A program made the translations under genes and the position numbers. Below the pieces are notes generated by a model, which saw nothing but the letters and a program-made list of their open reading frames with translations, ran no database searches and was not told the DNA's origin. Below are positions 52,401 through 61,980 of a stretch of DNA of 64,000 bases, one piece after another. Position 1 is the stretch's first letter, and the number at the start of each line of letters is the position of its first letter. Origin of the DNA: Alphaproteobacteria bacterium (GTDB lineage: Bacteria > Pseudomonadota > Alphaproteobacteria > Micavibrionales > UBA2020); NCBI GenBank assembly GCA_025934695.1, contig JAICWS010000001.1, positions 151,301-215,300 on the forward strand, in the 5' to 3' direction.

Positions 52401-52733
52401 ATGAGGGTTTCTGAACAACGACAACATAAATCCATATCGCAGTTCCTGGCGACATTCATCAGCTTCGGCCTGTTTTTTTATTTCGCCTATCACCTGATGC
52501 ACGGTGACCGCGGATATTTTGCCTGGAAAGGCCTTCAGCAAAAACTGACCGTCGCGGAGACGCAGTACGACGCGAAGCTGGCCGAACGGCAAGCCCTGGA
52601 AAACCGCGTCAAGCTGCTGCGTCCCGACAGTCTCGACCTCGACATGCTCGACGAGCGCGCGCGCGTGGTGCTCGGCTTCGTGAAGCCGGATGAGCGGGTG
52701 GTTGTGAGCCCGGCTGCAAGTTCATCGAATTAA
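52401..52733 (+). CDS. ftsB: septum formation initiator (FtsB/DivIC family)
   Basis: 110 aa. One TM helix, then the coiled coil QQKLTVAETQYDAKLAERQALENRVKLL. Confidence 0.8.
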   Translation: MRVSEQRQHKSISQFLATFISFGLFFYFAYHLMHGDRGYFAWKGLQQKLTVAETQYDAKLAERQALENRVKLLRPDSLDLDMLDERARVVLGFVKPDERVVVSPAASSSN

Positions 52734-52734
52734 T

Positions 52735-52807
52735 GAGCGCCTAGCGGCGCGAGTAAATGCTGGATCCCGGATATGCGCTCGCCTTCGGCTCGCTTTTCCG
52801 GGATGAC
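52735..52807. repeat. about 75-nt dispersed repeat, copy B
   Basis: GAGCGCCTAGCGGCGCGAGTAAATGCTGGATCCCGGAT...TCGCTTTTCCGGGATGAC. Starts 2 nt after the ftsB stop. Confidence 0.6.
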
Positions 52808-52834
52808 AGCGGCTTTATAAATTTTTCGTCGCTG

Positions 52835-53311
52835 TCACTTATTCTTCAGCGTCTCGAGATAATTGACGAATTCTTCCTGGACCCATTTCTTGTCGATGGC
52901 GTCGAGGGAGATCTGCGTGCGCTCGGTGAGTTTCTTGCCGGAGCTGGTGAAGACGCGCACGATCTGCTTTTCGGCGTCGAGGCGCAGCACGAAACGCAGC
53001 GACTTCTGGTTGTCGGCGGCCTGTGCGCGGTTGGTCAGGTGAAGGGTGATGCTGGGCGGCAGGCGCGGCGTGTAGTTCGGCAGGCGGTCGTTTTCTTCCG
53101 TCACATGAACTTCATTGCGTCCATAACTTTTGAAGACGTCCAGCAGTTCGTCGAAAGCGGCCTTGATTTCGGCTTCTTTCTTATTGTCGAAGCTTTTGAC
53201 AGTATCCCTGAGCTTCTGCTCCTTCTCGAGCTTTTTCTGCTCGACGGATTCCTTTTGCTTCTTGTCTTTTTTGAGGATCGCTTCGATCCGGTTCTTGTGT
53301 TCTTCGAGCAT
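52835..53311 (-). CDS. hypothetical protein (Lys/Glu-rich N-terminus)
   Basis: 158-aa ORF. No family recognised. Confidence 0.5.
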   Translation of the reverse strand: MLEEHKNRIEAILKKDKKQKESVEQKKLEKEQKLRDTVKSFDNKKEAEIKAAFDELLDVFKSYGRNEVHVTEENDRLPNYTPRLPPSITLHLTNRAQAADNQKSLRFVLRLDAEKQIVRVFTSSGKKLTERTQISLDAIDKKWVQEEFVNYLETLKNK

Positions 53312-53480
53312 GATCGGGACTTGCCACCTTTCATTGCATTATACCACAAGGAGATTAAGGCGGGGAGAGCGGCTACAGGGGTCTTGGATTTTCGCATAAT
53401 ACAGCCGCGGGATGGCGCTGGCGCGATTTTCGGGCATTATCGTATAATTGCCGACAGGATAGCGGCAGCGGGGAAAGATT

Positions 53481-54764
53481 TTGCGCATCGGGATATACTT
53501 CATTTGCATGATGGTCGTCCTTGCCGGGTCCCGAGCGCGGGCCGGCGAAGGTCTGCTGCTCGGCGACGGCAAGGCGTCGAGCCAGCCGCAGGTCGGCTAC
53601 ATCTGGTCGTGCATGCAACAAAAGGGCGGCGGCGGGGCGTTCCGCGACGGGCCGTGGATCCAGGGCAAATACTGGTATCCCGATCAGAAAATCAACGTGC
53701 AGGGTGATGTGGACTGGGAGTCCAGCCTTTCCATCACCGTCGAAAACGGGTTGCGGGTCATTCGCTCGAACGATCTGCCCAAACATGGCACCGGCATTTT
53801 CCCCGTGCAGCGTAACGATCCGGCCTATAACTACGACCGCAACCCGAACTCGATCCGCACGCAGCAGGTGCAATTCTTCCTGCCCGCCAATCCGCAGGAG
53901 GCGCAATACCCATCCTGCACGGGCGGCGCCGTCGGTTTCAGCCTGTCGGGAGCCTGGATATTCGACGGCATGGATGCCGAAGGGCGCGACGCCCCCGCGC
54001 ACGAAGTGCAGGACAAGTGCAACGGGCATCCGCAGGAGCAGGGGCAATATCACTATCATGGCCCCAGCCCCTGCATGAAGGATGCGAGCGGCGACGTGGG
54101 CCGGCACAGCGATCTTGTCGCCTACGCCTTCGACGGCTTCGGCATCTATGGGGAGCATGGCGAGAACGGGAAGGAACTGCGCAGCGCCGACCTCGACGCC
54201 TGCCATGGCCACAAGCACATGGTCATGTGGGACGGCAAGATGCAGGAAATCTATCACTACCACATGACGCCCGACTTCCCGTACTCCGTTGGCTGCTTCA
54301 AGGGATCCTACGTCAACCGCCAGGCCGAGCGGGGCCAGACCGACGAGCAGGGGCGTCAGCTGGCGCAGCAGCTGCAGTGGCAGGCCCAGCAACAACAGTG
54401 GCAACAGTGGCAACAACAGCAGCAGAACCCGCAGCAGGGGCAATGGAACGGCCAGCAGCAAGGCAACGGCCAGCAGAACTGGCAACAGCAGGGCGGCGGC
54501 CAGCAGATGCAGCAAAACGCCAGCGGCTGGTCCGGCTATAGCGGCGCTGCAGGGCAGGGACAGCAGCAACAGGGTTACGGCCAGCAGCAGCGCAATCCGC
54601 TCGCGATCCTCCAGGGCGCCGCGCAGCGTCTTGGCGTGGATGCGCAGACCCTGCGCAACGCCATCGGCGGCCCGCCGCCGGACTTCAACCGGGCGTCGCA
54701 GGCGCTGGGCATCCCCGCGGACCAGATACACCAGGCGTTCATCAACGCCGGCGCGCCGAATTGA
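53481..54764 (+). CDS. YHYH-domain secreted protein with Gln/Trp-rich low-complexity region
   Basis: QGQYHYHGPSPC and EIYHYHMTPDFPY motifs (YHYH family). Signal-like N-terminus. Start uncertain (TTG 53481 or ATG 53508). Confidence 0.7.
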   Translation: MRIGIYFICMMVVLAGSRARAGEGLLLGDGKASSQPQVGYIWSCMQQKGGGGAFRDGPWIQGKYWYPDQKINVQGDVDWESSLSITVENGLRVIRSNDLPKHGTGIFPVQRNDPAYNYDRNPNSIRTQQVQFFLPANPQEAQYPSCTGGAVGFSLSGAWIFDGMDAEGRDAPAHEVQDKCNGHPQEQGQYHYHGPSPCMKDASGDVGRHSDLVAYAFDGFGIYGEHGENGKELRSADLDACHGHKHMVMWDGKMQEIYHYHMTPDFPYSVGCFKGSYVNRQAERGQTDEQGRQLAQQLQWQAQQQQWQQWQQQQQNPQQGQWNGQQQGNGQQNWQQQGGGQQMQQNASGWSGYSGAAGQGQQQQGYGQQQRNPLAILQGAAQRLGVDAQTLRNAIGGPPPDFNRASQALGIPADQIHQAFINAGAPN

Positions 54765-54818
54765 CACTGTTTTGACGCGGTGCCAGACTTGGCGCCTGAT
54801 TTCACGAAGGGAATGCAT

Positions 54819-55604
54819 ATGATGAAGAAATTTTTTCTGACAATTTTACTCGCCGCTGCCATTTCCATGCCCGCGCTGGCCGATGCGCCCGTCGCGGCGA
54901 ACGCCGTGAACCGCACGATCTCCGTCAACGGCGAGGCGCAGGTGCGCGTGGTGCCCGACGAGGTGCAGATTTCGATGACGGCCGAGAACCGCAGCCGCGA
55001 CCTGATGGAGGCGAAAGCGAAAAACGACCAGATCGTCAAGGCGCTGGTGGATTATGCGACCAAGGACCTCGGCATCGAGGCGCGCCAGGTCCAGACCGAT
55101 TTCGTCAGCGTCGAGCCGCAATACCGCAGCTGCAACAATGACGAGGAATGGGCCGGCAAGTGCAGCCCGCTCGACGTCACCTATTACACGGTGCGCAAGG
55201 GCATCCAGGTCTGCCTGAAGGACTTGGGCAAATACGAAGGACTGGTGACGAAGGCGCTGTCGCTCGGCGTCACGCGCATCGACAATGTCCAGTTCATTAC
55301 GACCGACCTGCGCAAGCACCGCGACGCGGCGCGCGAGATGGCGGCAAAGGCCGCGCTCGCGAAGGCGCAGGCGCTGGCCACCACGCTCGGCATGAAAGTC
55401 GGCAAGCCCATGACCATCAGCGCGGAAAATTATTCCAGCTATTACTGGCATGACAGCTATAGCCAGCGCGGCTACAACAATTACATGGCGCAGAACACGA
55501 TGCAGCAGGCCACGGCCCCGCAGCAGGAGGGGGACACCGGCGATCTCGCCATCGGGCAGATCAATGTGTCGGCGACCGTGAGCGTGACCTATGAACTGGA
55601 ATAG
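54819..55604 (+). CDS. SIMPL-domain (DUF541) periplasmic protein
   Basis: Signal peptide MMKKFFLTILLAAAISMPALA. ISVNGEAQVRVVPDEVQISMT... is typical of SIMPL. ATG 54819 lies 7 nt after AAGGG. Confidence 0.75.
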   Translation: MMKKFFLTILLAAAISMPALADAPVAANAVNRTISVNGEAQVRVVPDEVQISMTAENRSRDLMEAKAKNDQIVKALVDYATKDLGIEARQVQTDFVSVEPQYRSCNNDEEWAGKCSPLDVTYYTVRKGIQVCLKDLGKYEGLVTKALSLGVTRIDNVQFITTDLRKHRDAAREMAAKAALAKAQALATTLGMKVGKPMTISAENYSSYYWHDSYSQRGYNNYMAQNTMQQATAPQQEGDTGDLAIGQINVSATVSVTYELE

Positions 55605-56259
55605 ACGCATCGCCTCCATTGCGGCTTTCGGATTTCTGCTCTCGTCGGCTGCGCGGGCTGAGGGCATCGACACGCCGGTCCGCCATGATTTTCCGGGCTG
55701 GAAAGTATTCCAGCAGGTAGCGGGCGAGCTCAATGGCGACGGCAATCCCGATGTCGCGGCGGTCCTCTCGAAACCGGCTGAAGGCACGGATGAAAACGGT
55801 CAGGCGCTGCTGGTGGTTTATGTCGGCGACGGCCAGGGCGGATACAAGCTGGCCGTGCAGTCGCCCAAGGCGATCTGCGTCGGCTGCGGCGGCCCGAAGG
55901 CGGCGATGGGGGAGCCGCTCGGCGCGCTTTCGATCGTGAAAGGCCAGCTTCGCATCCGCTATGAAGGCGGCTCGCGCGAGGAGTACCAAGACGACCTGAA
56001 ATGGCGCTTCGACGTCACGAAAGGCGATTTCTTTCTGGTCGGCGAAAGCCAGTATGTGACGGACACAGTCGGCAGCGAGCCCGACGAAAAACTCGACATC
56101 AATTATCTGACGCTGAAAATGGAAAAGAAGGTCGGGAAAAAGAAACATGCCTGCGCCGTGGATCGCGAATTCCGCGCGGTGAAACTATCCGACTTCGACT
56201 ATGACGGAAAGCACGTCGACGATCTCGATAAAATATCCGAGGCCTGTGGAAGGCATTAA
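55591..56259 (+). CDS. secreted hypothetical protein (FG-GAP/VCBS-like DGNPD motif)
   Basis: Signal peptide ...LLSSAARAEG. Overlaps the upstream gene by 14 nt. Confidence 0.55.
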   Translation: MNWNRRIASIAAFGFLLSSAARAEGIDTPVRHDFPGWKVFQQVAGELNGDGNPDVAAVLSKPAEGTDENGQALLVVYVGDGQGGYKLAVQSPKAICVGCGGPKAAMGEPLGALSIVKGQLRIRYEGGSREEYQDDLKWRFDVTKGDFFLVGESQYVTDTVGSEPDEKLDINYLTLKMEKKVGKKKHACAVDREFRAVKLSDFDYDGKHVDDLDKISEACGRH

Positions 56260-56322
56260 AATCAATCGCCCCGGCTTGCACCGGGGCGACGGATTTCGCT
56301 ATTTCAGGAATATGTATCGATG

Positions 56323-57264
56323 TCAGGCCGGCGAATTTCCGGCCGGCTTTTTTGCGGGAGCGGATGGCTGCGGCAGCCGGGCCGTCAGCAGCTTGGTCAA
56401 TTCTTTGGAGAAAGCGTTTTCGTTGTTAACGTCAACCTTGGCGATGCGCACCTGCGCGGGGAATATCTTCGCCAGTTCGCTGGCCAGCTTCTCCATGTTG
56501 GTTTCGTACCGCTGACGCTCGTCCGAAAAGATGATGAAGTCGATCGTCGCGTTCGGATTTTTACCGAGCGCCTGCCCGAATGCAGGGGCTGCTTCTTTCG
56601 GATCGAAGACGTCTCCGTCCGACAGGATGATGTAATGCGGCTTTTTCTTGGCTGGCGCGGATGCCAGCATGTTGGCGACTGGTTTCAGGTCCGTGCCGCA
56701 ACCAATACCGTTTTTGTAGGCCGATTCCGAGGCTGATCCCTGGTCGAGATGAAGCTCCAGCGGGCTGACGCTGTCTCCCCACAGGAAGGTTTTTACCCCG
56801 TTGAATCCGGCTTTCTTCGCAGCCTTCGCGGTGTCTTCCATTCCGCCCAACGTGTAGTCCATGGCGGACTTGCCTTTGCTGCCCATGCAGGGCATGCTGC
56901 CCGAACCATCGCCGAAAAACCAAAGTTCATCCTTCTTGCCGAACTTCGCCAGCAGGGCGGCGAGATCGTCGGCAGATTGGCGGCGGCCCTCGGCCTTCTT
57001 CAGTTCGGTTATTTCCGCTTTCAGCTTGTCTGCTTCGTTCAGCAGCGCGATCGCGTCGCCGATGGCGGTCGACATGCGCGTATAATCCGCTGCCTTGGCG
57101 TCGAATTCGTGCTTCAGATTGCGAAGGGCATATATCGTTTGATCCGAGCTGGGTTTTCCCCGCTGGCCCTGGCCATTATGATCGTCATTTTGGCCCTGAT
57201 AGCTCCTTTGAGCGCCGTAACCGCCCTGACCCGACCACATCGTATACTCTTGTTGTCCCATCAC
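56323..57264 (-). CDS. coiled-coil + vWA-domain protein (intact MIDAS)
   Basis: Gln/Gly-rich N-terminus, coiled coil, then DGSGSM (DxSxS), GTDL and ILSDGD vWA motifs. Pro/Ala-rich tail. Confidence 0.75.
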   Translation of the reverse strand: MMGQQEYTMWSGQGGYGAQRSYQGQNDDHNGQGQRGKPSSDQTIYALRNLKHEFDAKAADYTRMSTAIGDAIALLNEADKLKAEITELKKAEGRRQSADDLAALLAKFGKKDELWFFGDGSGSMPCMGSKGKSAMDYTLGGMEDTAKAAKKAGFNGVKTFLWGDSVSPLELHLDQGSASESAYKNGIGCGTDLKPVANMLASAPAKKKPHYIILSDGDVFDPKEAAPAFGQALGKNPNATIDFIIFSDERQRYETNMEKLASELAKIFPAQVRIAKVDVNNENAFSKELTKLLTARLPQPSAPAKKPAGNSPA

Positions 57265-57516
57265 ACACCTCTAAAATTTTTTTTAAACCCTAAAACCAGT
57301 TGGGAAACTATACGCTTGATTCGCTACAAAGTCAAATATTATGTAAAATAAAGGAGCGCGCTTAGGAATCTGGTGACAGTTAAAACATTGGATTATCGGG
57401 CGTCTGACGAACTTTCACCGATTTGGTCTCTCGCGGCGCACAAGCCGCCGGTATTGCGTCAGCCCGTCCGGTGGCTATAATCCCCGACATCTACATCGAC
57501 AAAAAGGACCCCGCGC

Positions 57517-58395
57517 GTGAAAGTGAAAAACTTTCTCAAGAAATGCGCGCTGACATTCGCGTTCTGTATGGCCGCTTTCAAAGGCGCGGAAGCTTTTGCG
57601 CCGGCGCCGAAAGTGACGCCGGTGTTCAACAATGCCGCCGCCGTGCCGCAGCAGACGGCAATGGAATATCGCCTGCCGTCGCTGAAAGAGCTGACGCCCG
57701 AACAAGCGAAAGACCTGTGGCGGGTGCGCGTCGGCGCCTGGGAGATCGGGGCGGGCGGCTATCACACGTTCCTCGAATTTTCGCCCTATGACGAAAACGA
57801 CAAGTCGCGCGTCAAAGATCAGGACGTCTATCAGATCCACGGCATCGCCTGCGACGAGGTGCGCCATACCTGGGGTTACTTGAACGCGAAAGACCCTGAG
57901 GCCTACAAGCGTTACGAGAAGGGGGATTACGTCCTCAAGGGGCTCGGCATCCAGCTCGACCACACGCGGCATTATTTCAGCTCGCCGCCCGTCGCCTATG
58001 TCGACGTCTATTACGGCTCGAAGGAAGAGGTGCTGAAGATGTACCTCGACGGCATGCAGATCATCGACGCTCTCAATAAGCGTGAGCAGCCTTACATCCT
58101 TCTCGACTACAACAGCAACAGCACGCAGCGCACGATTTCGGATGCGCTCGGTCTCCCGCAAGCGCCGTTATTCGTTCCCTATCGCGCCGAAGATTTCGGC
58201 GGCCGCATCTGGACGCCGGGCACGGAGACGAGCTTCCTGCCCAAAGACTGGAATCGCGATCGGGTGCGGGAGCAGGCGGGCTATGCTCATCTTTCCGCCG
58301 CCGACCTCGAAAAACGCGCGCAAGCATTGCAAGGCGCCGACCGCATGTTCGCATCCTTGCGCGACCGCAAACCGAAGGGACCGGCGCACCCCTAA
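57517..58395 (+). CDS. secreted hypothetical protein
   Basis: GTG start after AAGGA. Signal peptide ...FCMAAFKGAEA. No family recognised. Confidence 0.5.
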   Translation: MKVKNFLKKCALTFAFCMAAFKGAEAFAPAPKVTPVFNNAAAVPQQTAMEYRLPSLKELTPEQAKDLWRVRVGAWEIGAGGYHTFLEFSPYDENDKSRVKDQDVYQIHGIACDEVRHTWGYLNAKDPEAYKRYEKGDYVLKGLGIQLDHTRHYFSSPPVAYVDVYYGSKEEVLKMYLDGMQIIDALNKREQPYILLDYNSNSTQRTISDALGLPQAPLFVPYRAEDFGGRIWTPGTETSFLPKDWNRDRVREQAGYAHLSAADLEKRAQALQGADRMFASLRDRKPKGPAHP

Positions 58396-58532
58396 TATCT
58401 CTCGTCCAGATTACCCAAGCATTGCAATTAGTTAATTTGCATATGCCATATTCATGGGGTTAAAATTAAAGATAGGATGCGGTGTGTTGCCGCGTTTTGA
58501 ACAGCCTTTCTCAATCATTCAGGAGTACTCAC

Positions 58533-58889
58533 ATGACGTCCAAATACGCTTTGCTTGTGGTGGCAGCGCTCAGCATCGCCAGCCTGCCGGCTTTCGCCGC
58601 CGCGGATAAAGTCGCACCCGCCGCAGCACCCGCTGCCGCGCCTGCTGCAATGGCGCCCGCACCTGCGACGAACACCACCACCACGACCACCACGACGACG
58701 ACCACGACCGCCATGGCACCCGCCGCGAAGACCTTCGCCGACTACGACACGAACAAAGACGGCTTCATCTCGAAAGATGAATGGACCGCCGCCAAAGGCG
58801 ACGATGCCGACTTTAAGAAGCTGGATACCAACAACGACGGCAAAATCTCGAAAGACGAGTTCGACGCCGGCCAGAAAGCCGCCAAGTAA
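58533..58889 (+). CDS. secreted EF-hand calcium-binding protein
   Basis: AGGAG SD and a signal peptide. A run of 13 Thr. Two EF-hand loops, DTNKDGFISKDE and DTNNDGKISKDE. Confidence 0.8.
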   Translation: MTSKYALLVVAALSIASLPAFAAADKVAPAAAPAAAPAAMAPAPATNTTTTTTTTTTTTAMAPAAKTFADYDTNKDGFISKDEWTAAKGDDADFKKLDTNNDGKISKDEFDAGQKAAK

Positions 58890-58919
58890 GCGCGCGCTTT
58901 TTTCGGCCTAAAGATACGG

Positions 58920-58957
58920 ACACCCCCGCTGCCATCGGCGCCGGGGGTGTTGCTTTA
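58920..58957 (+). terminator. terminator-like hairpin
   Basis: ACACCCCCG-N13-CGGGGGTGT followed by TGCTTTATG (weak T-tail). Confidence 0.45.
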
Positions 58958-59050
58958 TGTAATATAGCGACACCTTTCTTTCCCTTGCATCCCCCCCTTA
59001 ATTTGCTTAATTAATTGAGGTTAATTTTCGCCGCGCAAGAAGAGGGTCCT

Positions 59051-60067
59051 GTGTCATCATCCGCGCCATCGGGCAAGCCGAAGCTGGAGACGGTCAAATC
59101 GCCGTCCAACATCGCCTCGCCGGAGCAGATGCTCCAATATTACAAAGACATGCTGCTTATCCGCCGCTTTGAAGAGAAGGCGGGTCAGCTTTACGGCATG
59201 GGCCTCATCGGCGGCTTCTGCCACCTCTACATCGGGCAGGAAGCGGTCGTCGTCGGCGTGCAGTCGGCGCTGCAGCCCAAGGACACGGTCATCACCGCAT
59301 ACCGCGACCACGGCCATATGCTGGCCACCGGGATGGACGCCAAGGGCGTCATGGCCGAGCTCACGGGGCGCAAGGGCGGCTATTCGAAAGGCAAAGGCGG
59401 CTCGATGCATATGTTCAGCCGCGAAAAGGGCTTCTTCGGGGGCCATGGCATCGTGGGCGTCACCGGGCCTTTGGGCGCCGGTCTCGCCTTCGCGCACAAA
59501 TACCGCGAGGACGGCGGCATCAACTGCGCTTACTACGGCGACGGCGCGGCCAACCAGGGCCAGATCTACGAAGCCTACAACATGGCGTCCTTGTGGAAGC
59601 TGCCCGTCCTGTTCATCATCGAGAACAACAAATACGGCATGGGCACCAGCCAGCAGCGCCACGCGGCGGGCGAGCTTTACAAGCGCGGAGAAGCCTATGG
59701 CATCCCCGGCGAAAAGGTCAACGGGATGGACGTGTTGACCGTGCGCCAGGCGGCGCTGAAGGCGGTCGATTACATCCGCTCCGGCAACGGGCCGATGATT
59801 TTGGAATTCTCCACCTACCGCTATCGCGGCCATTCGATGTCGGACCCCGGCAAATACCGCAGCAAGGAAGAAGTCGAGGAAATGCGCGAGCATCACGACC
59901 CGATCGAGACGATCAAGAACGTCCTCATGGGCCTCGGCAAATATACCGAGAACGACTTCAAGAACATCGAGAAAGAGGTCAAAGCCGTGGTGAACGAGTC
60001 CGCCGAATTCGCCCAGCAAAGCCCCGAACCCGATCCGTCCGAACTCTGGACGGACGTGTTGCTGTAA
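59051..60067 (+). CDS. pdhA: pyruvate dehydrogenase E1 component alpha subunit
   Basis: ThDP motif GDGAANQG...ENNKYGMGT. GTG 59051 follows GAAGAGGG (track start 59015). Confidence 0.9.
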   Translation: MSSSAPSGKPKLETVKSPSNIASPEQMLQYYKDMLLIRRFEEKAGQLYGMGLIGGFCHLYIGQEAVVVGVQSALQPKDTVITAYRDHGHMLATGMDAKGVMAELTGRKGGYSKGKGGSMHMFSREKGFFGGHGIVGVTGPLGAGLAFAHKYREDGGINCAYYGDGAANQGQIYEAYNMASLWKLPVLFIIENNKYGMGTSQQRHAAGELYKRGEAYGIPGEKVNGMDVLTVRQAALKAVDYIRSGNGPMILEFSTYRYRGHSMSDPGKYRSKEEVEEMREHHDPIETIKNVLMGLGKYTENDFKNIEKEVKAVVNESAEFAQQSPEPDPSELWTDVLL

Positions 60068-60087
60068 TTGTCGGGTGTGGGAATTCA

Positions 60088-60552
60088 CACGGAGTTACGG
60101 AGTAACGGAGTTTTAGCGGCAATGACGGCTTTGAAGAAGTACAACGATACGCCAGCCGACCTGAATGCGCTTTCAGGACAGGTCGTTGATTGTATTTTTC
60201 AGGTTCACCGGAATTTGGGTGCGGGCTATCTCGAAAAAATTTACGAAGACTGTCTTTGCCTTGAGATGAAAGAAAGGGGAATTGCCTTTTCAAGGCAATT
60301 CCCAATCAATGTTGTCTACAAGGGGAATGTTGTCGAATCCGAATTCCGCCTCGATTTGGTTGTTGAAAATAAAATCGTTCTTGAACTGAAGGCGGTCGAA
60401 AAGATACTCCCTGTGCATGAAGCCCAAATATTCTCGTATCTAAAGATGGCGGGATTGCCCTTGGGCTTTTTGGTGAACTTCAATACTCCTCTTATCAAAG
60501 ACGGAATTCAGCGTTTTGCGCCGAAGAATCTCCGTAACTCCGTAACTCCGTG
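60088..60552. mobile_element. inverted-repeat-flanked GxxExxY cassette inserted in the pdhA-pdhB spacer
   Basis: Left end 60088-60110 CACGGAGTTACGGAGTAACGGAG. Right end 60530-60552 CTCCGTAACTCCGTAACTCCGTG (22 of 23 nt complementary). The ends are themselves built of ACGGAGTT-type octamers. Confidence 0.5.
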
Positions 60553-60589
60553 CGAACGAGCTTTGGAATCCCCGGAAGGTACTCAATGA
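60122..60589 (+). CDS. GxxExxY protein (PD-(D/E)XK nuclease superfamily)
   Basis: [31 protein letters not shown] and [19 protein letters not shown] are family hallmarks. The C-terminal tail reads through the right inverted repeat. Its stop overlaps the pdhB ATG (ATGA). Confidence 0.8.
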   Translation: MTALKKYNDTPADLNALSGQVVDCIFQVHRNLGAGYLEKIYEDCLCLEMKERGIAFSRQFPINVVYKGNVVESEFRLDLVVENKIVLELKAVEKILPVHEAQIFSYLKMAGLPLGFLVNFNTPLIKDGIQRFAPKNLRNSVTPCERALESPEGTQ

Positions 60590-61980
60590 GCACTCAAATA
60601 TTAATGCCCGCCCTGTCGCCGACGATGACTGAAGGCAAGCTTGCCAAATGGGTCAAGAAAGAAGGCGACAAGATTAAGCCCGGCACGGTCATCGCCGAGA
60701 TCGAGACCGACAAGGCCACGATGGAAGTCGAGGCGGTCGATGAAGGTATCCTGGGCAAAATCCTCGTGCCCGCCGGCACCGAGGGCGTCGCCGTGAATAC
60801 GCCGATCGCCGTGCTGCTGGAAGAAGGCGAAAGCGCCGATAATGACGCCGCGAAACCGGCCGTCAACGTCAAGCCCGAACGAAAACAGGAGGCGAAGCCG
60901 CAGGCGACAAAGCAGGAAGATCCTTCCTGCCACCCGCAATCCGCGCCGCAGCCGCAGCACCATGCGCCGGCGACCGAGAAGGAATGGACGGGCGCCACGC
61001 AGACTGTCACCGTGCGCGAAGCCCTGCGCGATGCGATGGCCGAAGAGCTGCGCCGGGATCCCGAGGTCTTCGTCATGGGAGAAGAAGTCGCCGAATATCA
61101 GGGCGCCTATAAGGTTACGCAAGGCCTGCTGCAGGAATTCGGCGCCAAGCGCATCATCGACACGCCGATCACCGAGTACGGTTTCGCGGGTGTCGCCGTC
61201 GGCGCCGCTTTCGCGGGACTGAAGCCGGTCGTCGAGTTCATGACCTGGAACTTCGCAATGCAGGCGATCGACCATATCATCAACTCCGCCGCCAAGACCC
61301 TCTACATGGCGGGCGGGCAGCTCGGCTGCCCCATCGTGTTCCGCGGTCCCAACGGCGCGGCCTCGCGCGTGGGCGCGCAGCACTCGCAATGCTATGCCAG
61401 CTGGTATGCGCATGTGCCGGGACTGAAAGTCATCGCGCCCTGGTCGGCGGCGGATGCAAAGGGCCTGCTCAAAGCGGCGATCCGCGATCCCAACCCCGTC
61501 GTCTGCCTCGAAAACGAAATGATGTATGGCCAGTCGTTCGAAATCCCGGCCGATCCGGATTTCATCCTGCCGCTCGGCAAGGCGAAGATCGAGCGCAAGG
61601 GCGAGCATGTGACCATCACCGCCTTCTCGCGCATGGTCGGCGTGGCGTTGCAGGCCGCCGAGAAACTGGCGGAGCAGGGCATCAGCGCGGAAGTCATCAA
61701 CCTGCGCACCTTGCGGCCACTCGATACCGAAACCATCGTCAATAGCGTGAAGAAGACCAACCGTCTCGTTTCGGTCGAAGAGGGCTGGCACTTCTCCGGC
61801 ATCGGCTCCGAAATGGCGGCGATCATCATGGAACAGTGCTTCGATTACCTCGACGCTCCCGTGATCCGCGTCTACGGCGCGGACGTGCCGATGCCTTACG
61901 CCGCGAACCTCGAAAAACTCGCGCTGCCGCAAGTCCCCGAAATCGTCGAAGCTGCGAAAAAGGTGGCCTATGCCGCATAA
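60586..61980 (+). CDS. pdhB: pyruvate dehydrogenase E1 component beta subunit with N-terminal lipoyl domain
   Basis: Lipoyl motif [13 protein letters not shown], a linker, then the transketolase-like E1-beta body ([14 protein letters not shown]). Confidence 0.93.
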   Translation: MSTQILMPALSPTMTEGKLAKWVKKEGDKIKPGTVIAEIETDKATMEVEAVDEGILGKILVPAGTEGVAVNTPIAVLLEEGESADNDAAKPAVNVKPERKQEAKPQATKQEDPSCHPQSAPQPQHHAPATEKEWTGATQTVTVREALRDAMAEELRRDPEVFVMGEEVAEYQGAYKVTQGLLQEFGAKRIIDTPITEYGFAGVAVGAAFAGLKPVVEFMTWNFAMQAIDHIINSAAKTLYMAGGQLGCPIVFRGPNGAASRVGAQHSQCYASWYAHVPGLKVIAPWSAADAKGLLKAAIRDPNPVVCLENEMMYGQSFEIPADPDFILPLGKAKIERKGEHVTITAFSRMVGVALQAAEKLAEQGISAEVINLRTLRPLDTETIVNSVKKTNRLVSVEEGWHFSGIGSEMAAIIMEQCFDYLDAPVIRVYGADVPMPYAANLEKLALPQVPEIVEAAKKVAYAA

